Position numbers and translations under genes: made by a program. From IMG/VR virus record IMGVR_UViG_3300045988_179769: a stretch of DNA of 44,657 nt; one strand, written 5' to 3'. The DNA is from a virus. Of this stretch, positions 1-7,748 are shown piece by piece. The notes beneath the pieces were generated by a model. That model saw nothing but the letters and a program-made list of their open reading frames with translations, searched no databases and was not told where the DNA came from. Within the stretch, counting starts at the first letter, position 1, and the number at the start of each line of letters is the position of its first letter.

Positions 1-119
1 AAAGGCTTGATCATGCATTATACTGCGAACAACGGAGGAACTGCACGAAACCATAAAAGCTACTTTAACAACCTGAATGGTGTTTATGCTTCTGCTCATT
101 TGTTTGTGGATGATGAGGA
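1..119. repeat. Terminal direct repeat: 1..119 is identical to 44539..44657, consistent with a circular contig with assembly overlap
   Basis: Direct comparison of the first and last lines of the window; the endolysin ORF reads through the junction in frame. Confidence 0.9.
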
Positions 120-870
120 GGCTATTTGTGTCATTCCGCTGAATGAAGTAGCTTACCATGCAAATGACATTCAAAAATATGTCAATGGGCAACCATATTA
201 TCCATTAAGAAGTATTATTGGTAATGCCAATTATTCAACCATCGGTATAGAAATGTGTTTGGATAGAAACGGTAAGATCACTGAAAAGACATTCCAAAAT
301 ACGGTAAAAGCAGTAAAAGAGTTGATCGCTAAGTATCCGAATATTACTCGAGATAAGATTTGGCGCCATTATGACGTTACTGGCAAGAATTGCCCAGCTC
401 CATGGGTAGCTAAACCAAGTGAGCTAGAACGATTCAAAGATGCGGTGTTTGGCAAGACTAGCGGTTCTAATTCAGCAGCTAAACCTAGTACACCATCTGT
501 AAAACCAAACACCAATAAAATCTCAGAAGACGGTATGTTTGGACCAAGCACTGCCAATAAAGCAATGAAATATGAGGGGATTACGCCAGATGATGAAATC
601 AGTCACCAATACCGGCAGGCGTGCAACAAGAACCTTTATGCGGCGCAATTCGATAATACGCTAAAAGGATCAACGTTGATTCGTAAATGGCAGAAAAGGT
701 TGAAAGCGAAAGGTTTATACAAAGGTGCAATCGATGGGTTGTGCGGTACAGAAATGATTAAAGCTATGCAAAGAGCCTTGAAGACCACAGTTGATGGAGT
801 TATCAGCCCTGTATCTAATATGGTCAAAGCGTTACAAAGAGCATTGAATAACAATAAGCTTCCTTGGTAA
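1..870 (+). CDS. Endolysin, N-acetylmuramoyl-L-alanine amidase (Amidase_2/PGRP-like) with C-terminal PG_binding_1-like repeats; 3' continuation of the gene starting at 44467
   Basis: ORF 7..870 is in frame with codons 1-3 and 4-6 and with the ORF beginning at ATG 44467. Amidase_2-like N-terminus (HYTANNGGTARNHKSYF...AHLFVDD...CP). C-terminal DG.fG/DGlcG peptidoglycan-binding-like repeats. Confidence 0.8.
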   Translation, partial: KGLIMHYTANNGGTARNHKSYFNNLNGVYASAHLFVDDEEAICVIPLNEVAYHANDIQKYVNGQPYYPLRSIIGNANYSTIGIEMCLDRNGKITEKTFQNTVKAVKELIAKYPNITRDKIWRHYDVTGKNCPAPWVAKPSELERFKDAVFGKTSGSNSAAKPSTPSVKPNTNKISEDGMFGPSTANKAMKYEGITPDDEISHQYRQACNKNLYAAQFDNTLKGSTLIRKWQKRLKAKGLYKGAIDGLCGTEMIKAMQRALKTTVDGVISPVSNMVKALQRALNNNKLPW

Positions 871-910
871 AAAAACAAGCCCTTTCTCTTTAAATGAGAA
901 GGGGCTTGTT
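871..910. terminator. Bidirectional rho-independent terminator between endolysin (+) and GDPD gene (-)
   Basis: aacaagccctttctc...gagaaggggcttgtt inverted repeat flanked by A/T runs. Confidence 0.6.
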
Positions 911-1714
911 TTATTTTCTGTATTTATTTTCTAATGCTAGAGCTTTTGCTGTGAAGTTGGTAAAATAATTATCTATACCAAGATCAATTGCTTTTTTTAT
1001 TTCACTAGTTGAGTTTATTGTCCAAATATTAAAAAGCTTTTTGTGGCCATGAACCAATTCAACATTTTCTTCAGTCATCATGCTTTTTTCAGCAGCAACT
1101 ATATCCACAACGTCATATGTGACTGCTTCTTCCAATTCGTCTTGATCTTTAACTAATAAGAGTTTTGGCATACTTGGAAAACTTTTGTTCAAATCTTGCA
1201 ATGGTTTGATTTCAGATGCCTGAACTACGATATTATCCTCCAAGTTATTTTTCTTCACAATGTCTTCGAAAAGCTTCGTTTGATTAGAATTTTCCTTCAG
1301 TTCTATTACATAATTCACAGTATCTCCATATCGATCAAAAACATTTTGTAAACTCAATATCTTTTCATTATTTTCAGTTCTTAAATCAGAAATTTCATCA
1401 TCGCTCATATCTGAAAAAAGTTTGTCTAAACCAGTTATTCTTTTTGCGGATAAATCATGAGAAACATAAAGAGTGTTGTCTCTGGACGTTACAAGATCTT
1501 GTTCGATATATTTTGATCCGTATAAAATCGCCAAATCATAGGCTGCGATTGTGTGTTCAATTTCTTCTCCGGAAGCGCCCCTATGAGAGTAAACTCTGGA
1601 ACTGGGGGCGTTAGTATTTCTTATTAAGTAAAATGTTAAGAGTGAAGAAAGGAGAACTAAAAAAATCAAGAACGGAATTAGTATTTTTGTTTTTTTTATC
1701 TTTTTTCGATGCAT
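911..1714 (-). CDS. Membrane-anchored glycerophosphodiester phosphodiesterase (GDPD/GlpQ-UgpQ family); lysogenic-conversion moron
   Basis: HRGASGEEIEHTIAAYDLAI...EQDL...DNTLYVSHD matches the GDPD catalytic motif (HRG..E.T..A...E.D). N-terminal hydrophobic anchor ILIPFLIFLVLLSSLL. Start moved to ATG at 1714 (MHRKK) which has RBS tgaggt; the 1786 ATG has no RBS and lies inside the att repeats. Confidence 0.7.
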   Translation of the reverse strand: MHRKKIKKTKILIPFLIFLVLLSSLLTFYLIRNTNAPSSRVYSHRGASGEEIEHTIAAYDLAILYGSKYIEQDLVTSRDNTLYVSHDLSAKRITGLDKLFSDMSDDEISDLRTENNEKILSLQNVFDRYGDTVNYVIELKENSNQTKLFEDIVKKNNLEDNIVVQASEIKPLQDLNKSFPSMPKLLLVKDQDELEEAVTYDVVDIVAAEKSMMTEENVELVHGHKKLFNIWTINSTSEIKKAIDLGIDNYFTNFTAKALALENKYRK

Positions 1715-1779
1715 AGGGTACCTCAAAGTTTTTCTTTTATTGTACCAGATAAATTGAAACATCAAAATAGATTTTAAAA

Positions 1780-1801
1780 TGACCATACTTTGACCATACT
1801 T
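1780..1801. repeat. Tandem 2x TGACCATACTT; putative integrase arm-type binding sites (attP arm)
   Basis: tgaccatactttgaccatactt seen directly; the same 11-mer recurs twice at 2017..2038. Confidence 0.55.
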
Positions 1802-2015
1802 TGTATGGGAAATCAGTTGAAATGAGGGAATATTAATTTGTACAAACTCTATTGCATCAACATTTAGGACTGTTCAGGATTGATCAAGAGATGACTGGAT
1901 TAAAAACCAGGTCTTAAGAAAGCTCGTAAAGCTTCACAGTTCTCTAAGCGTTAATCATTGTTATATCAATCTTTATGGGGTGTTTCTCAATTCGAGAGAC
2001 GCCTCTTTTTTTGTT
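1802..2015. other. Putative attP core region between the arm-type repeat pairs, immediately downstream of the integrase 3' end
   Basis: Non-coding ~210 bp flanked by two pairs of TGACCATACTT repeats, located between the int stop (2040) and the GDPD start. The ORFs at 1958..2186 lack RBS or coding character. Confidence 0.4.
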
Positions 2016-2039
2016 TTGACCATACTTTTGACCATACTT
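2016..2039. repeat. Tandem 2x TTGACCATACTT; second pair of putative arm-type sites
   Basis: ttgaccatacttttgaccatactt seen directly. Confidence 0.55.
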
Positions 2040-3197
2040 TCAAAAATTCATATACGCGGCATATTTTTCAGCAGTCTGTTCCTTGGCTTTTTCGGTTACG
2101 TGAGTATAGATGTCCATCGTGGTTTTTATATCTGTGTGACCCATTCGTTCTTGCACTTCTTTAATACTCACACCAGCTTCAAATAATAAGCTACAGTGAG
2201 TGTGTCTAAAACCGTGAATAGTAATTTTTTCTAGGTTGTGTTCCTTCAAAAAAGTTTTCATAAAATTATTCAGATAATCGAGATAAAGATGATTATTATC
2301 AATGTCGGTAAAAAGTAGTTGTTCAGGTTTGAGAGTATTAATCCCTAACTTGAGGTATCTTCTTCGTTGCTCTTTTTTCCAAGATAAAAGGTACTTAAGT
2401 GTTACCTCATCAACCGAAATAGTTCGCCGACTATGTTTCGTTTTTGGGGTCTGGAATATTTCTTTACCGTATTCACTTTTGGCCAAAGTCTGATTGACCG
2501 ATATAGTACCTTTTGATAAATCGCAATCTTTCCACCGCAGAGCTTGGAGTTCCCCTTTTCTTAAACCTGTGAACGATAGCACTCTGAACATGGTAAATAA
2601 CTGGACATCTTCATGCTGCTCAAGAATATCTAAAAAGTTCTTCAATTGCTCTTTATTATAAAAAGGTGATACATATTTTTCTTGATCAATTTTTTCGGAT
2701 TTGCGCGGACGTATAACGTGGTTCATTGGATTATTTAAGATAAGACCGATCTTGAGACCGTAATCAATAACCCTTGTTGTCAAACCGATAAGATTAGAAT
2801 ATTTTTTATAGTATGAGAACCAATCGTTCACCTGTTCTTGACAGTAAACAACTGTTATCTTGTCCAATGGAAGCGATCCGAATTTAGGTATAATGTGTTT
2901 TTCAATCGCATTTCTTTGCACAAACAGTGTGCTCTCTTTAACCGTGTTTTTGTATTGTTCATACCAGAGATCATAAATTTCTTTGAAAGTGGGAATTTCT
3001 TTTTTTTCAACAGAAAATCCGGTTTTCTCAATTTCTAATTCTAGTCTTGATAGAGCTATTTTTGCTTCCTTCTGAGTCTTGAATCCTCTCTTAGTCGTGT
3101 ACTTCTTCTTTCTTGTGAGAGGATCTATCCCAAGGTAAGTTTTGAAATACCACGCTTTTTCCCCATTTTTCTTCTTGTATTGTTTTATCATAGCCAT
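2040..3197 (-). CDS. int: Tyrosine site-specific integrase (phage integrase family)
   Basis: C-terminal catalytic region FTGLRKGEL...HGFRHTHCSLL...GHTDIKTTMDIYTHV (R..HxxR..Y). N-terminal SAM-like domain. RBS aaaggagtgataaacc before the ATG. Confidence 0.9.
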   Translation of the reverse strand: MAMIKQYKKKNGEKAWYFKTYLGIDPLTRKKKYTTKRGFKTQKEAKIALSRLELEIEKTGFSVEKKEIPTFKEIYDLWYEQYKNTVKESTLFVQRNAIEKHIIPKFGSLPLDKITVVYCQEQVNDWFSYYKKYSNLIGLTTRVIDYGLKIGLILNNPMNHVIRPRKSEKIDQEKYVSPFYNKEQLKNFLDILEQHEDVQLFTMFRVLSFTGLRKGELQALRWKDCDLSKGTISVNQTLAKSEYGKEIFQTPKTKHSRRTISVDEVTLKYLLSWKKEQRRRYLKLGINTLKPEQLLFTDIDNNHLYLDYLNNFMKTFLKEHNLEKITIHGFRHTHCSLLFEAGVSIKEVQERMGHTDIKTTMDIYTHVTEKAKEQTAEKYAAYMNF

Positions 3198-3250
3198 GGT
3201 TTATCACTCCTTTTACGAATGTATGTTCTCTTTTTGTTAAAAAATAATAA

Positions 3251-3667
3251 TTAGGCGTATACATCCTCGAAAATATAATGGTATAGCAACTTTCTAACAG
3301 TCGCCTCAAACTTGAGGTCCAATTCAGCAGATTCAATGAAGTAAACCGGATTGACTTGGTCTGGTTCAAGAAGATTTAATTCCATATAATCCAATAGTAA
3401 AAGGTTTACCATGAAATAATCCGCTTCATACTCCATTTTGAATCGGGGGATGGGTAATTTATATAATGGTGTAAATTCATCATGCAAAACGCCATGCCCC
3501 GCTTCGTGGTAGATAACCTTTAAAATTTCCATCTCAGAAAGGTTCTCGTTTATAAATATAGTATTGAAATCTGAATCGTAGTATCCATCAATATCCAAGT
3601 CTAAGTATTCTATAGAAATTCCTTTTGCAGCTAGTATCTTTTTAACTCTATTCATATGACAACCCAT
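3251..3667 (-). CDS. ImmA/IrrE-family zinc metallopeptidase (anti-repressor protease partner of the XRE repressor)
   Basis: HEAGH zinc-binding motif (YHEAGHGVLHDE). Lies immediately downstream of, and co-oriented with, the XRE repressor. Confidence 0.75.
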   Translation of the reverse strand: MGCHMNRVKKILAAKGISIEYLDLDIDGYYDSDFNTIFINENLSEMEILKVIYHEAGHGVLHDEFTPLYKLPIPRFKMEYEADYFMVNLLLLDYMELNLLEPDQVNPVYFIESAELDLKFEATVRKLLYHYIFEDVYA

Positions 3668-3669
3668 CC

Positions 3670-4008
3670 CTATCGATCGCTAAATTTTCCTTCCAAAAAT
3701 GCGCGTATAGTTTCTCTATCACGATCAGTCATTTCTTTACCACCGAAACTTTTCATATTATCAAGAACTTCATCTAAATCCTTAGAAGCAGGTTTAGAGC
3801 TAACTGGATTAGGATTATCAGTAATTCCTAGTAGATAGTCAGAAGATACCCCAAAGTATTCTGCAACTTTTTGTAGAGTGTCAGATTTTGGACTACTTTT
3901 TTTCCATTGATAAATAGCATTCTCGCTCAAACCCAACTTCAAAGCTAACTCTTTTAATCCTATGTGTTGTTTTTTTGCTAATAATGAAACCCTTTCGTAT
4001 ATTGACAT
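3670..4008 (-). CDS. XRE-family HTH repressor (CI-like)
   Basis: HTH IGLKELALKLGLSENAIYQWKK. Divergent from cro. Start placed at ATG 4008 (MSIYE), which has RBS gaaagga; the 4029 ATG lacks an RBS. Confidence 0.75.
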   Translation of the reverse strand: MSIYERVSLLAKKQHIGLKELALKLGLSENAIYQWKKSSPKSDTLQKVAEYFGVSSDYLLGITDNPNPVSSKPASKDLDEVLDNMKSFGGKEMTDRDRETIRAFLEGKFSDR

Positions 4009-4029
4009 CAGTAAAGATCCTTTCTGCAA

Positions 4030-4312
4030 GAAGTGTTATAGTATAAAATTTTGAGTTAAAAGTGTTTACAAACATAAAATATTATACTATACTCTTCTCG
4101 TAAGCTAATTTAATAAGCTAACAAGCAACAAGAAAGGCACCCAACTAAAAATAAACAATTCGACGTCGCCAAACTAAGAATGTTGATTTAATAGGGAAAA
4201 TTCTGCGCTTATTTAACTATGTCTATATAGTATAAAACTTTGTGTTGGTTGTCAACACAATTTAGCGAATTTAATTAGCTTACAAATCATATGAGAAAGG
4301 AGATTTAACAAT
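4030..4312. promoter_or_regulatory. cI/cro divergent promoter-operator region with repeated operator-like motifs
   Basis: TATAGTATAAAA at ~4037 and ~4230. Inverted copy ATTATACTATACT at ~4078. Perfect palindrome TTGTGTTGgttgtCAACACAA at ~4243..4263 overlapping a TTGtCA -35-like box. Confidence 0.55.
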
Positions 4313-4504
4313 ATGTCACAAGATTTTATTTTAAAAGTCAGAATCCAGTTGGCTAAATACGACAAGACACAGAACTGGCTGGCGGATACGATTGGGATTT
4401 CAAGAGCGTACATGTCCGATATTATGAACGGCAAACGGAAGCCAGATAAACAAATTGAGCCAATCGAAAACGCCTTAGCCTCATTGAAGGAGGGGAATGT
4501 CTAA
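4313..4504 (+). CDS. Cro-like XRE-family HTH regulator
   Basis: 63 aa. HTH QNWLADTIGISRAYMSDIMNG. Divergent from cI. RBS aaaggag. Confidence 0.7.
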   Translation: MSQDFILKVRIQLAKYDKTQNWLADTIGISRAYMSDIMNGKRKPDKQIEPIENALASLKEGNV

Positions 4505-4785
4505 TGGATTTGCATATACCAGATGAGTTGCTACAGAAACAAATTGCTTTTGCAATTGTGACAATAGCAACTGCCGAAATTGAAAAACGTATGAAGTTGA
4601 TGACAAAAACCTTAGAGCTACCTCCTTATCCAAATAAAAGTGAAGTGAAAAGCATTTTAGGGATGGGTGACGAAATGCTGAAAGAATGGATTGCTGAGGG
4701 TCTTCCGGTTATCCCTTGGAGTAAAAAGGAAGATCGATTTGATCGCGACGATATCAAGGCTCATATAAATAGTATGAAGATTTAG
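4504..4785 (+). CDS. Small DNA-binding protein, excisionase-like (HTH_17/MerR-like) candidate
   Basis: SILGMGDEMLKEWIAEGLPVIPWSKK resembles Xis/HTH_17 DNA-binding helices. Position follows cro. Confidence 0.35.
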   Translation: MDLHIPDELLQKQIAFAIVTIATAEIEKRMKLMTKTLELPPYPNKSEVKSILGMGDEMLKEWIAEGLPVIPWSKKEDRFDRDDIKAHINSMKI

Positions 4786-4862
4786 AGGTGTGAAAATGAC
4801 CTACACACTTGAACAAGAGCTGCTGATCGACACCCTAGCAAAAGAGAAGTGAGGTGAGAGAA

Positions 4863-5144
4863 ATGGATTTTAAAACATGGAGTGAATTATTGAACGAAAA
4901 TTTAAGATTATTGAATAGAGAGTTTACGGATGCTGATTTACAGAGATTGTTCAAAGATATTGATGAAATCAAAGAAAAACAGAATTTGAACGACAATACA
5001 ATGGCCATTCTGCTTGAGGGATTTATTGTTTTAAAACTAAAGCTACCCCTTTCTGAGGAAAAGAGGCAGCAGAAGCTAAAGCAAGATCAGGATACTTTAA
5101 AAAGGTTTAATAATTATCTCAAAGGTGAAATTGATCGGACATAA
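4863..5144 (+). CDS. Hypothetical protein
   Basis: ORF with RBS gaggtg 6 nt before ATG 4863; coiled-coil-like composition. Confidence 0.45.
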   Translation: MDFKTWSELLNENLRLLNREFTDADLQRLFKDIDEIKEKQNLNDNTMAILLEGFIVLKLKLPLSEEKRQQKLKQDQDTLKRFNNYLKGEIDRT

Positions 5145-5488
5145 TCTGAAAAATCAACAATAGTCGCTTGTGGGTATTTAATCAAAAAGCTTTGAATTTG
5201 TAATGACTTGAAACCGTCTAGTAATGTTGCGGCTAAATCTACACCATATAAGCCAATGCTTTTAACAATCAAATCTTCTGTGTCCACAAACGGACTACCA
5301 TCGCATTTCAAATAATCATAGTAGCATAACTGGGCAATGCATTGTTGGACGTTTGTTCGATTATAATCTTCAAGGTTTTCATGAGAAAGGAAATCATCTA
5401 TGGTCCAATTCATTTGTTCTTTAATAGGGACTATCTTCATGATTTCCACAGCAAGTTCTAAATTTACATCCTGAGGTATGGGCATCAT
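5114..5488 (-). CDS. Hypothetical protein, reverse-strand moron in the early region
   Basis: 124-126 aa ORF on - strand. RBS aggagg + 7 nt + ATG (5488), alternative GTG at 5494. Preceded by the conserved palindromic element. Confidence 0.5.
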   Translation of the reverse strand: MMPIPQDVNLELAVEIMKIVPIKEQMNWTIDDFLSHENLEDYNRTNVQQCIAQLCYYDYLKCDGSPFVDTEDLIVKSIGLYGVDLAATLLDGFKSLQIQSFLIKYPQATIVDFSDYVRSISPLR

Positions 5489-5496
5489 CTTCACAC

Positions 5497-5544
5497 CTCC
5501 TTATCAATTATTTCAGCCGACCACTGACTGATAAGGAAATTATA
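5497..5544. promoter_or_regulatory. Conserved 48-bp palindromic element (copy A), 42/48 identical to 44389..44436
   Basis: ctccttatcaattatttcagccgaccactgactgataaggaaattata. The ccttatca/tgataagg inverted repeat includes the SD of the - strand gene. Lies in a divergent intergenic region with the Rha antirepressor. Confidence 0.6.
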
Positions 5545-5565
5545 CCAAAGAAAGGAAATTGAAAA

Positions 5566-6264
5566 ATGACAAATTTAGTAATTATGAAAGATCAGCAAGC
5601 AGTAACGACTAGCTTGCAAGTAGCAGAAACTTTTGAGAAACGTCACGATCATATTCTAAGAGATATAGATGGGATCGAAAAAGATGTCCCCAATTTTGGG
5701 GAGATGTTTGTAGAAGGCACCGAGCCAGATTCGTACGGTCGTTCAAGAAGAGTTATCTATATGAATCGTGACGGATTCACATTGTTAGCAATGGGATTCA
5801 CTGGGAAAGCTGCATTGCAGTTCAAGTTGAAATATATCGAAGCATTCAATCAAATGGAGGATCACATCAATCAACAACCACAGATTCCAAATACACCTCG
5901 AGGACTTGCCTTGCTGGCATTAGCTGCAAACGAAGAAGCGAGCCAACGTATCGATGATATCAACGAACGTCTGGTAGATATCGAAGAAAACAAACTAATC
6001 ACTACTGAAGATAAAGGGACTATCGATCGAGCGGTTCAAAAGAAAGTCTATCAGATCTGCAAGGATCAACATCTTGGACAGGGCGCAAAAAGCATGCTGT
6101 TTCAGGATTTGGGATCAAGTATCAAACAATTGTTTAGTGTTCCGAATCGTGGCCGCATCAAAGACAAAGATTTCCAAAAGGTTTTGGGGTTCATTGATCA
6201 TTGGCAGCCATCGTCAGTGACCAAGGAACGAATCAATCAGATTCAGACAGAATTGGAAATGTAG
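5566..6264 (+). CDS. Rha-family phage regulatory protein (antirepressor-like)
   Basis: N-terminus LVIMKDQQAVTTSLQVAETFEKRHDHILRDI matches the Phage_pRha signature (..vtTS..iAe.f.k.H..vlr.I). Confidence 0.65.
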   Translation: MTNLVIMKDQQAVTTSLQVAETFEKRHDHILRDIDGIEKDVPNFGEMFVEGTEPDSYGRSRRVIYMNRDGFTLLAMGFTGKAALQFKLKYIEAFNQMEDHINQQPQIPNTPRGLALLALAANEEASQRIDDINERLVDIEENKLITTEDKGTIDRAVQKKVYQICKDQHLGQGAKSMLFQDLGSSIKQLFSVPNRGRIKDKDFQKVLGFIDHWQPSSVTKERINQIQTELEM

Positions 6265-6275
6265 GAGGAAGCTAA

Positions 6276-6503
6276 ATGAAAATCAACGAAAAATTAGAGC
6301 AAAAATGGCAAGAGTGGGAAACGATGATGGAAGGCGCTGAGATGCTCCTAAACGCTGCGAGAGATTTAGGTTCAACTGTCGTAAACGAGGATGAAACATT
6401 TGTTGACCTAGCTAGCGAAAAAATCCAATTAACCATTGACCAATTGGAATGTGCAAAAAAATTAGTTGAAAAGCTAGAATTCGCAGAAGAATTAAAAGAG
6501 TAG
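6276..6503 (+). CDS. Hypothetical acidic protein
   Basis: ORF with RBS ggaggaag. Confidence 0.4.
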   Translation: MKINEKLEQKWQEWETMMEGAEMLLNAARDLGSTVVNEDETFVDLASEKIQLTIDQLECAKKLVEKLEFAEELKE

Positions 6504-6535
6504 GTAAATACTTTTTAAAGGAGGTAATTGATCAG

Positions 6536-6712
6536 ATGAAAGGACTTAGACGATCGGCATTCTTGATCACCATATTCTTTCTAGGTGTTTGGTTCGGCAA
6601 TCACCAACAGTTGCCAGATTGGGCAGTATTAGCATTGCCAGTGTCAATTATGTGGTGGCTAATAAAATATGACGAGATTGCTTATAGAAGAAAGAAATTT
6701 GAAGGGAGGTGA
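6536..6712 (+). CDS. Small hypothetical membrane protein (59 aa)
   Basis: RBS aaggaggtaattgatcag before the ATG; two hydrophobic segments (FLITIFFLGVWFG, LALPVSIMWWLI). Not in the ORF table because <60 aa. Confidence 0.35.
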   Translation: MKGLRRSAFLITIFFLGVWFGNHQQLPDWAVLALPVSIMWWLIKYDEIAYRRKKFEGR

Positions 6713-7390
6713 ATGGATATGGGAGGCAGAAAGTGGACAAAACATGAAGATACAACTCTTTTGAAAAATGTAGCATTTGATCATCGAGGGTTTGCGTGTA
6801 ACGTAGAGGATCTTGTTGAACTACTGCAAAGTAGAAGTAAAAGAGCGATTTACCATAGGATTAACACTTTACGAAAATGTGGTAAGTTAGCAGATCTTTG
6901 TTTAGATGATCCTATTGATCCTTATTTCAAACCTTTTACAAAAGATGAAGATCGAATCATCATCGGTGCGCTAAGAATGGGGACAACTCCAACGGAAATC
7001 GGTGAAGCACTTGATCGAAGTATGAACTCAATTCAAGGAAGAATCAAGCTACTCAGATCACGTGGAGAGGATATTCCAAGATTAATAAGGAAATTTACAG
7101 ACCAGGAAGTCGAAATCCTTCTTCAAAATGTAAAGTTTGATGAATATGGTTTTGTATCTAATACCGACGAACTGACAGCATTACTAAAGAGATCTACGGC
7201 AACGGTCAGAGGGAAAATAATGCAGTTGAGGAAAATGGGCCTGATCGAAACACTGCCAGATAAGAGCAAATCAGGGATCAGCTGTAATGCTCGAAAATCA
7301 TTCAGGAAGAGCAATGAAGTTTGTTTCGTTTTCAACAAAAAACAGCCTACACCAGTTCCCGCTAGTGTAAGCCAAACAGTAAATAATTAA
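6713..7390 (+). CDS. Protein with three tandem Myb/SANT-like (RsfA-like) HTH repeats
   Basis: Three repeats: WTKHEDTTLLKNV..., FTKDEDRIIIGAL..., FTDQEVEILLQNV..., each followed by a basic recognition-helix-like segment. Confidence 0.45.
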   Translation: MDMGGRKWTKHEDTTLLKNVAFDHRGFACNVEDLVELLQSRSKRAIYHRINTLRKCGKLADLCLDDPIDPYFKPFTKDEDRIIIGALRMGTTPTEIGEALDRSMNSIQGRIKLLRSRGEDIPRLIRKFTDQEVEILLQNVKFDEYGFVSNTDELTALLKRSTATVRGKIMQLRKMGLIETLPDKSKSGISCNARKSFRKSNEVCFVFNKKQPTPVPASVSQTVNN

Positions 7391-7415
7391 ATTCATCCAA
7401 GGAGAGTGTAACAAT

Positions 7416-7748
7416 ATGAACGAAAAAATTCAAGCTTTAGCAAATCAATTACAAGAAGAATGCCGCAAAGAGTGTGTTCCTTTGCTTTGCACAATGGAAA
7501 AAGGTGGCGAAGGAAAGTCGATCATCACCGGTAGCTTACCAGAAATTGGTTTGTTATTAGCTTTACAGGAGCGAAGTTTGAACAGTCAAAGTCCCATAAA
7601 TGCTGAAATTTTGCGTAAAGCAGCGATCGCATCGTTACAAGAAATTGATATCGAAGAAGGAATGAACACTGGTCACACTTTTGTAGTTGACGATCTAAAT
7701 GATATTCCGGAAATTCTAAAAAGTTTTATGAGAGGTGATTACGAGTGA
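7416..7748 (+). CDS. Hypothetical protein
   Basis: RBS aaggagagtg; 110 aa. Confidence 0.45.
   Translation: MNEKIQALANQLQEECRKECVPLLCTMEKGGEGKSIITGSLPEIGLLLALQERSLNSQSPINAEILRKAAIASLQEIDIEEGMNTGHTFVVDDLNDIPEILKSFMRGDYE

Noticed and set aside
369-878. Antisense ORFs 369..557 and 636..878 within the endolysin
   Set aside because: Fully overlapped by the endolysin gene on the opposite strand, no RBS. Shadow ORFs.
1958-2186. Two 68-aa + strand ORFs spanning the att repeats and the integrase 3' end
   Set aside because: They cross repeat DNA and the int coding region, have no RBS, and have a hydrophobic nonsense composition.
3893-4075. 60-aa - strand ORF overlapping the cI 5' end and the operator region
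   Set aside because: Overlaps the cI N-terminus in another frame and runs into the promoter/operator DNA. No RBS.
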